DNA of 64,000 nt from Thermoanaerobaculia bacterium. Its GTDB lineage: Bacteria; Acidobacteriota; Thermoanaerobaculia; Multivoradales; Multivoraceae. The position numbers and the translations under genes are program-made. The notes under the pieces were generated by a model. It was given only the letters and a program-made list of their open reading frames with translations. It had not been told where the DNA came from and did no database searches. Every line of letters begins with the position of its first letter. The first letter of the stretch is position 1. Below, piece after piece: positions 49,464 through 56,464 of this stretch. The stretch lies in the NCBI GenBank assembly GCA_963664405.1, contig OY761158.1, positions 928,001-992,000 on the forward strand, given 5' to 3'.

Positions 49464-50177
49464 ATGGCACGCATTCCACTAGACCAGCGTTTCCAAAGTT
49501 CGTGGTGCATAGCTCGAGGTCATTCTGTTCGCTGGCAAGGCGCGCCGACGCAGGCATATTGGGGAATATGTCGAGGAGGCGCAACGCCGTCAGCGGACAG
49601 AAGGAGCCGAGATATGTGCGCGAACTTTGGAAACGCTGGTCTAGTAGACCCGAAGACGAGCGAGGGCTACGCCTCGAAGGTGTTCGAAGCGCAAGAGAGA
49701 ACCTGGGGAGCACCGCTTCTCAACCATCGGATCTATGCCCGGCGACCGGCGCTACTAAGAGCGGTAAGGGGCATGTGGACAGGATTGAACGACGGCGGAC
49801 TCCTCGATGACACGCTGTTGGCCCTGGTCAACCGCCGCGTCGCGGGCTTGAATGGCTGCGTCTTCTGAGCGGATCTCAACGCTGCAGTTGGCAGCGCTCT
49901 GGGAATCGCAGACAAGAAGCTGCTCGCCGTCGAGATCTACGCCACGAGCCCGCTGTTCAGCGATCGAGAGCGTGCCGCTCTCGAATACGCCGATGCCATC
50001 ACGCTGTCGGACCGCGACTTGAGCGAGGCTCTATTCGCTCGCTTACGGCGCTTCTTCGACGAAGACGACGTTGTCGAATTGACCGCAGCCATCGCCTGGG
50101 AAAACTCTTCGAGCAAGTTCAACCGCGCGCTCAGAATCGAGTCCCAGGGCCTCTGGAAACCCGATCGAGTGGGCTGA
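49464..50177 (+). CDS. AhpD/carboxymuconolactone decarboxylase-family probable selenoprotein (CxxU) carrying an in-frame MITE
   Basis: ...RRVAGLNGCVF-TGA(49866)-ADLNAAVGSALGIADKKL...FSDRERAALEYADAIT...FDEDDVVELTAAIAWENSSSKFNRAL. The frame stays open to the TGA at 50175. Confidence 0.85.
49479..49644. mobile_element. palindromic MITE copy 4 (166 bp), intragenic and in frame
   Basis: Removing 162 bp restores ATG GCA CGC ATT CCA CTA GTA GAC CCG (MARIPLVDP). Confidence 0.92.
49869..49909 (+). promoter_or_regulatory. putative bacterial SECIS hairpin
   Basis: Stem CGCTGC/GCAGCG (49880-49896) with a G-containing AGTTG loop, starting 11 nt after the UGA, plus weaker basal pairing. Confidence 0.6.
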
Positions 50178-50246
50178 GGCCGTGCAGCGAGACGGGGCCT
50201 CGTGGCGGCGCGCAGCCAGTGGCCGGCGGTGGCATATGATGGGACG

Positions 50247-51563
50247 ATGCGAAGACTGAATCAGGTGAAGCTGCTCTCGCTGGTCTTGATGCTGGCGCTC
50301 AGCCTCACTACCACCGCCTGCGACGTTCAGTCGCGGGCCGACATCCCCGCGCCCCAGCCGCGCAATCTGAGCCCGGCGTCCCCAGAGGATGTTGGTATGT
50401 CGACCGAGCGCCTCGGCCGTCTCTCGGTAGCGATGCAGAACATCGTAGACGAGGGCGAGCTCGCCGGCATCACGAGCATGGTGGCTCGTCGCGGCAAGGT
50501 CGTCTACGCCGAGACCTTCGGCCATCAGGAGATCGCCTCCGACACGAAGATGGATATCGACACCATCTTCCGCATCTATTCGATGTCCAAGCCGATCACC
50601 GGAGTGGCCATGATGCTTCTCTACGAAGAGGGCAAGTTCCGACTCTCCGACCCGGTTGAGAAGTACATCCCCGAGCTCGAGGGCCTCGAGGTCGCAGCCG
50701 GCGAGGGGAAGGACGGGCCCATCGTGGAAGAGGCCGACCACCCAATGACCATCCGCGAGCTGATGAGCCACACCGCTGGGCTCTCCTACGGCATCTTCTC
50801 CCAGTCCCAGGTCGACGATATGTACCAGGAGGTCAATGTCCTAGATTCGAAATCGACGCTGAGAGATATGATCGAGAAACTGTCGAAGATCCCGCTTCGC
50901 CAACAGCCCGGCTCGCTCTGGCACTACAGCGTGGCGGTAGATGTACAGGGCTATCTCGTCGAGGTCCTGTCCGGCAAGTCCTTCGACCAGTTTCTCGAAC
51001 AAAGGATCTTCGAGCCCCTCGGAATGAGCGACACCGCATTCCACGTGCCCCCTGAGAAGACCGATCGCTTTGCCCAGGTTTACTCTTATGACGAGGACAG
51101 GGATCTAGTCGCCCGGGAGGGCGGCGGCGGGTCGCGGAGCTACTTCGAGCCTGCGACGTTCTTCTCAGGCGGTGGCGGGTTGGTCTCGACCACCATGGAC
51201 TACATGCGCTTCTGTCAGATGCTCTTGAACGGTGGAGAGCTCGACGGCGTAAGACTGCTCTCCCCGCTCACTGTCGATCTCATGCACCGCAACCAGCTCC
51301 CTCGAGAGATGGGTGAGATGTCCCCGGGAGGCGGTACCGGCTTCGGTCTCGACTTCGCCGTGGTCCTGGACCCAGTCGCCGCCGACGGAGTGTCGAGAGG
51401 CGAGTACTACTGGGGTGGCGCCGCCGGCACATGGTTCTGGATCGATCCGGCCGAAGACTTGGTCTTCGTCGGCATGATCCAGCAATTCGGGCAAGGCCGA
51501 CCCGATCTTCGGTCGCTGTCTCGAAGGCTCACCTACCAAGCCATCGTCGACTCCGATAGCTGA
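50247..51563 (+). CDS. serine hydrolase, beta-lactamase class C-like esterase/peptidase lipoprotein
   Basis: FRIYSMSK (SxxK), LMSHTAG, WHYS, GGGGLVST, WGGAAGT. Confidence 0.9.
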   Translation: MRRLNQVKLLSLVLMLALSLTTTACDVQSRADIPAPQPRNLSPASPEDVGMSTERLGRLSVAMQNIVDEGELAGITSMVARRGKVVYAETFGHQEIASDTKMDIDTIFRIYSMSKPITGVAMMLLYEEGKFRLSDPVEKYIPELEGLEVAAGEGKDGPIVEEADHPMTIRELMSHTAGLSYGIFSQSQVDDMYQEVNVLDSKSTLRDMIEKLSKIPLRQQPGSLWHYSVAVDVQGYLVEVLSGKSFDQFLEQRIFEPLGMSDTAFHVPPEKTDRFAQVYSYDEDRDLVAREGGGGSRSYFEPATFFSGGGGLVSTTMDYMRFCQMLLNGGELDGVRLLSPLTVDLMHRNQLPREMGEMSPGGGTGFGLDFAVVLDPVAADGVSRGEYYWGGAAGTWFWIDPAEDLVFVGMIQQFGQGRPDLRSLSRRLTYQAIVDSDS

Positions 51564-51595
51564 AGCTCCCGCCTCGATCAGCGCCAAAACGAAGA

Positions 51596-52186
51596 ATGCA
51601 TAAACCTCTTCACGACTTGCAGCGGAATCAGCAGCGGGCCCGTGACGCAAACGATTCGAACGCCGAGCTCTGCTGCCTGGCAACGGTGTCGAAGGCGGGA
51701 CGGCCGGGTCTACGGGTGCTGGTCCTTCGCGAGGTGACCAACAACGCACTGGCGGTCTTCTTCTCCCGTTCGAGCGCGAAGTGGGAGCAGCTGCAGGCGA
51801 CCAAGACCTACGAGATCTTGATCTATTGGACCGCGATCAAACGCCAATACCGCATTCGCGGATCCTTCACGGAGATCCCCCAGCCCGAGATCCAGAAGAA
51901 CTGGAAGAAGCGCGCCTACGGATCCAAGCTGCTCGACCATTACTACCAGCGTTTCGACCCGCAGTCGAGCCCGATCACCTCCCGCGATCAACTGTTGGAA
52001 GGCATCGCGACCTTGGCGCGCGAGTACCCCGAGTCGAACCAGGTGCCCTTCCCCCAGGGCGTCATGGGCGTTCGTTTCGCGGCCGAGCAGGTCGAGGTCT
52101 GGCGCGAGTCGCCGGATCGAATTCACGATCGATCGCTCTATAGCCTCCGGGGCCCCAAATGGCATCATCAGGTGCTCGTTCCATGA
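51596..52186 (+). CDS. pyridoxamine 5'-phosphate oxidase family protein (divergent PdxH-like)
   Basis: LATV..GRPGLRVLVLR, RQYRIRG, EVWRES.DRIHDR..Y...W....LVP. Confidence 0.75.
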   Translation: MHKPLHDLQRNQQRARDANDSNAELCCLATVSKAGRPGLRVLVLREVTNNALAVFFSRSSAKWEQLQATKTYEILIYWTAIKRQYRIRGSFTEIPQPEIQKNWKKRAYGSKLLDHYYQRFDPQSSPITSRDQLLEGIATLAREYPESNQVPFPQGVMGVRFAAEQVEVWRESPDRIHDRSLYSLRGPKWHHQVLVP

Positions 52187-52203
52187 TCGAGCCCCCGGCC
52201 CAT

Positions 52204-52369
52204 TAAGACCAGCGTTTCCAAAGTTCGTGCTGCATAGCTCGAGGTCATTCTGTTCGCTGGCTAGGCGCGCTGACGCAGGCATATTGGGAAATATGTCGAG
52301 GAGGCGAAACGACGCCAGCGGGCAGAAGGGCCCCAGATATGTGCGCGAACTTTGGAAACGCTGGTCTAG
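52204..52369. mobile_element. palindromic MITE copy 5 (166 bp, left end TAAG)
   Basis: taagaccagcgtttccaaagttcg...cgaactttggaaacgctggtctag. Confidence 0.88.
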
Positions 52370-52477
52370 TCCGTCGAAAGCTCCTGCAAGGTTGATGGGG
52401 AACTTTGCGTCCCCTATTGGCAGGGGCCCCAAGCCCACGGCAAAAAGACCGACTCGCGCGGGGTACTATCGAGCGAC

Positions 52478-54364
52478 GTGAGTGATCTTCTGTCAGCGAC
52501 CACTCTCCAACACCAGCTGAACGGCTCTGAGCCGGACCGGTCAGATGAGCGCCTACTCCAGACCGTCAAGAATTACTGGGGCTTCAGCGAGCTGCGGCCG
52601 CTGCAAGAGGAGGCGATCGCTGCGGAGCTCAGCCATCGCGATTCGCTGGTGGTCCTCCCAACCGGCGGCGGCAAATCACTCTGCTATCAGGCGCCGCCTG
52701 CGGTCGCAGGCCGTACCGACATCGTAGTGTCACCCTTGATATCGCTGATGAAGGATCAGGTGGACGGCCTGCTCCAGTGCGGCTATCCAGCCGCCGCGTT
52801 ACACAGTGGCCTTACCCCCAATGAGCTGCGCTCAGCCGAAGGCCAGGCCGCGGAGGGTCGCCTGCGTCTGCTCTTCGTCGCTCCCGAGCGCTTGCTCTCG
52901 AGCCGCTTTCTCGAGCTCGCGGCCCGACTCGAGGTTCGCGCCTTCGCGATCGACGAGGCTCACTGCATCAGCCACTGGGGCCACGACTTCCGCCCCGAGT
53001 ACCGCCAGCTCGCACAGCTCAAAGAACGCTTTCCCGACGCCAGCGTGCATGCCTATACCGCGACGGCGACCGAGCGAGTGCGCACCGATATCGTGAACCA
53101 GCTCGGCCTCGAAGAGCCGACAGTTCTGGTCGGCACTTTTGATCGCCCCAACCTCGTTTACCGAGTGCTGCCGCGAGTCGACCGGCTCCAACAGATCGCC
53201 GACGTCATCGATCGCCATGCCGGAGAGGCGGTCATCGTGTACTGCATCAGTCGCAAGGAGACCGAGCAAACGGCGGCGATGCTGCGCGCCAGGGGAGTGG
53301 GAGCCGCCCACTACCACGCCGGAATGGACCGCGAGGCGCGGCGCTCCACTCAGGAGACCTTCGCCGACGAGACGCTCGACGTCGTCACCGCGACGGTCGC
53401 ATTCGGCATGGGAATCGATCGCAGCGACGTGCGCTGTGTCGTGCATTCGGCGATGCCGAAGTCGATCGAGCACTATCAGCAGGAGACCGGCCGCGCCGGA
53501 CGAGACGGCCTCCCCGCCGAGTGCGTGCTGCTCTACTCAGCGGCCGATGTTCTGCGCTGGCAGTCTCTCGTTGAGCGCAGCGCGAGCCAGGGCGAGGTCA
53601 GCGCCGAAGCCAAGGCGGCGACGAGCGAGCTCCTTATCCATATGCGTCGCTACGCCAGCAGCATGAGCTGCCGCCATCGGACGCTCTCCGAGTACTTCGG
53701 CCAGGCCTACGAGGCCTCGAGCTGTGGAGCCTGCGACGTGTGCCTGGAAGAGGTAGAGGGAGTCGCCGACGCAACCTCCGCCGCTCAGAAGATTCTCTCC
53801 TGCGTAGCCAGAGTCGAGCAACGATTCGGCGCCACCCACGTGACCTCGATCCTACTCGGGGCCGACACCGAGGCGGTGCGCCGCTGGGATCACCAACAGC
53901 TTAGTACCTGGGGTCTCCTCGAGGGCGAGGATCGCAAGAGGCTGACCAGCATGATCTACCAGTTGATCGACCAGGGAGTGCTCGAGCGCACCGCCGGCGA
54001 GCGGCCGATATTGAAGCTCAACGAGGCCTCTTGGCAGGTGATGCGGGGGGAGCTTTCCGTGCGCCTGGTCATGCCTAAAGCCAAGCTGCGAAGGACAAAG
54101 GCCGACAAAGAGTCTTGGGATGGCGTCGATCGGGGACTTTTCGAGAATCTGCGCGAGCTGCGACGCGATATCGCACTCGAGCGCGGCGTGCCTGCCTACG
54201 TCGTATTCGGCGACGAGTCGCTGCGCCAGATGGCACGCGAGCTGCCGTCAACAGTCACCGAATTCCTCCAGATCCACGGCGTCGGACAACAGAAACTCGC
54301 CGACTTCGGCGAGCGCTTTCTCGAACGGATCGCCGAGTGCAGGCAGCGCAGCGGGGCGTCGTAG
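52478..54364 (+). CDS. recQ: ATP-dependent DNA helicase RecQ
   Basis: PTGGGKSLCYQ, DEAHCISHWGHDFRPEY, QETGRAGRDG, Zn-binding Cys cluster, RQC and HRDC domains. Confidence 0.96.
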   Translation: MSDLLSATTLQHQLNGSEPDRSDERLLQTVKNYWGFSELRPLQEEAIAAELSHRDSLVVLPTGGGKSLCYQAPPAVAGRTDIVVSPLISLMKDQVDGLLQCGYPAAALHSGLTPNELRSAEGQAAEGRLRLLFVAPERLLSSRFLELAARLEVRAFAIDEAHCISHWGHDFRPEYRQLAQLKERFPDASVHAYTATATERVRTDIVNQLGLEEPTVLVGTFDRPNLVYRVLPRVDRLQQIADVIDRHAGEAVIVYCISRKETEQTAAMLRARGVGAAHYHAGMDREARRSTQETFADETLDVVTATVAFGMGIDRSDVRCVVHSAMPKSIEHYQQETGRAGRDGLPAECVLLYSAADVLRWQSLVERSASQGEVSAEAKAATSELLIHMRRYASSMSCRHRTLSEYFGQAYEASSCGACDVCLEEVEGVADATSAAQKILSCVARVEQRFGATHVTSILLGADTEAVRRWDHQQLSTWGLLEGEDRKRLTSMIYQLIDQGVLERTAGERPILKLNEASWQVMRGELSVRLVMPKAKLRRTKADKESWDGVDRGLFENLRELRRDIALERGVPAYVVFGDESLRQMARELPSTVTEFLQIHGVGQQKLADFGERFLERIAECRQRSGAS

Positions 54365-54428
54365 GCGGGCCGGCCGCGGGAGGGGGTCTCGGGCGCGTCA
54401 CAGCCTCGAGATCTGGACGCGAGTGCTA

Positions 54429-55094
54429 TTACTTCTGTAGGACCGTCTTCCGAGCTTCGGTTTTCTTTCGGGCCTCGGAGATTTGCTCTGGGGTCATCTC
54501 TTCTTCGAGACGGTCTCTGCGTCGGATGGCAATCTCGCTGTTCTCGCCCTCTGGGTCGGAGGCGGCCAAGCTGTACCACACATAGGCCTGGACCTTGTCC
54601 TCGGCTACACCCAGACCGGCGCTGTACGCGAAACCCAGGTTGTACTGCGCATAGGGGTTGCCCTGATCGGCGGCAGCCTGCAGCCAACGCACCGACTCTT
54701 TGTCGTCCTGGGCTACTCCATGCCCGGTGCCATACCTGACTCCGATGTCGTACTGGGCCTCTACGTGTCCCTGCGTAGCCGCCGCCAGGATCCACTTGAA
54801 GCCCTCACCGTACTTCTTGGGCACGCCGCGGCCGATGTCATACATCCTCCCTAGCTGATATTGGGCTCCGGCGTGTCCTTGGCCTGCCGCCTCGCCATAC
54901 CAGCGTGCCGCCTCCTCGTAGTTCTGTGCCACTCCCTCTCCGGCCTCATACATCTGCCCGAGATCGAACTGAGCCTGCTCATCCCCCTGCTCGGCCGCCC
55001 GAACGATCGCTGCAGGGTCCTTCGCCGCAACACATGGGGTGCCTGCGCCTAGGAGCAAGGCCGGTAGAGCCATCAGGACAACGCGCACGATCAA
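54429..55094 (-). CDS. Sel1-repeat exported protein
   Basis: Four AQxxLG..Y..G.GV repeats after a signal peptide. Confidence 0.9.
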   Translation of the reverse strand: MIVRVVLMALPALLLGAGTPCVAAKDPAAIVRAAEQGDEQAQFDLGQMYEAGEGVAQNYEEAARWYGEAAGQGHAGAQYQLGRMYDIGRGVPKKYGEGFKWILAAATQGHVEAQYDIGVRYGTGHGVAQDDKESVRWLQAAADQGNPYAQYNLGFAYSAGLGVAEDKVQAYVWYSLAASDPEGENSEIAIRRRDRLEEEMTPEQISEARKKTEARKTVLQK

Positions 55095-56443
55095 TCGCCA
55101 ATCGAGAACAGGGTGCCGTCACTGCGAAGCAACAGCCTGCTGTCGGCTATCGCCGGTGACGCGATGAGACGTTCACCCAGGTCATTCCGGGCCAGAATCT
55201 CCGGCTCCCTTCCGGCACGCAGCACGAAGACTTCGCCGGTTTCGCTAGCCATATATACCTTTCCGTCGGCAGCCACCGGAGAAGCGAAGAAAAGGCCACC
55301 CAGTCTCTTCTTCCATACCGGCTGGCCTGTGCTCGCCTCCGCGCAGGTCACCACTCCGACTTCATTGGTCATGTAGAGCAGCCCACCGTAATGGACGATC
55401 GAGGGCACGTAAGAGGCCCCCCCCGGCGTCCGCCACACGATGTGGCTCGCCGACACATCGCCTCGCCCGCCCGGGCGAAGAGCCAAGAAGTCACTGTTGC
55501 GATAGCCCCGGCTCATATATACCAGGCCATCGTGGAACACGGGGGTCGGGATCGGCGTCTGGCGAGGAGTGCCGGCATGCCAAAGAAGAGTGCCCGTGGC
55601 AGGGTCGTAGGCGTCGATGCGCTGGCTCGAATTGACGATCAGCTCGCCTCCCTGCGGACCAGGAACGATCAGCGGAGTGGAGTGCGAGCTGCGACCGGGG
55701 CCGCGCTCCACCTTCCAGCGCACGCGACCTGTGCTCTTGTCGAGCGCCAGCAGATAGGCGTTGGAGGAGGTGTGGTCGCACAAGAGAATGAGCAGATCCT
55801 GGTAAAGGACCGGCGAGCTGCCGTGCCCCCACTGGTTGCGAAAGGGTGGGTAGTCATCGGCAAGATGGCGGGTCCAGACCAGTAGGCCATTCATATCGAC
55901 GGCGATGATCTGTCCGTTGCCAAACCAGCCGTAGATGCGCTCGCCGTCGGTGGTCGGAGTCGGGCTCGCCAAGTTGTGTTTTTCGTGGAGTTGAGGAAAC
56001 TCTCCGGTGGCCCTGACGCGATGTTCCCAGAGCTTGCTTCCGTCGGCGTGCTCGAAGGCTTCGATCACAAGGAAAACTCCATCGGGAGAAGGGGCCATCC
56101 GCCGCCCGCCAATGGGATTCTCATCTACAGCCAGAGAGCGGTCGTCTCGCGCCAACTGAGGGTGCGAACCTTGTCTCGTAGGAGCACTGCCGAGCTGCGA
56201 GGTGACATAGACCCGATCGTTCCAGACGATAGGCGAAGAGCTGCCAAGGCCCGCCAACGAAACCTTCCAAGCGATGTTCTGGTCGGCGGCCCAGTGCGTG
56301 GGAAGTCCCGACGCGGCGGAAACGGCGTTACTCGAAGGCCCTCGCCATTGCGGCCAATTCTCCGCCTCTAGCCCAGCCGGGTGCAGGCAGCAGAGAGCAG
56401 CCAAGGCCCAAGGCCAAGCACCCCTTCCATCGCCTGCCCACAC
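55091..56443 (-). CDS. PQQ-like (BamB-type) beta-propeller exported protein
   Basis: ENWPQWRGP, SSPIVW, ASPTPTTDG, FASPVAADG. Confidence 0.85.
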   Translation of the reverse strand: MWAGDGRGAWPWALAALCCLHPAGLEAENWPQWRGPSSNAVSAASGLPTHWAADQNIAWKVSLAGLGSSSPIVWNDRVYVTSQLGSAPTRQGSHPQLARDDRSLAVDENPIGGRRMAPSPDGVFLVIEAFEHADGSKLWEHRVRATGEFPQLHEKHNLASPTPTTDGERIYGWFGNGQIIAVDMNGLLVWTRHLADDYPPFRNQWGHGSSPVLYQDLLILLCDHTSSNAYLLALDKSTGRVRWKVERGPGRSSHSTPLIVPGPQGGELIVNSSQRIDAYDPATGTLLWHAGTPRQTPIPTPVFHDGLVYMSRGYRNSDFLALRPGGRGDVSASHIVWRTPGGASYVPSIVHYGGLLYMTNEVGVVTCAEASTGQPVWKKRLGGLFFASPVAADGKVYMASETGEVFVLRAGREPEILARNDLGERLIASPAIADSRLLLRSDGTLFSIGD

Positions 56444-56464
56444 TACTCGCTCACTCCCGACATC

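Noticed and set aside
49866-49868. Genome-wide UGA reassignment (code 4 or 25)
   Set aside because: TGA is the normal stop of many genes here (for example 4006, 5040, 15022). Only this one sits in a CxxU context with a downstream hairpin.
50247-51563. Antibiotic-resistance beta-lactamase
   Set aside because: The motifs fit the broad serine hydrolase/esterase family and nothing specific indicates AmpC.
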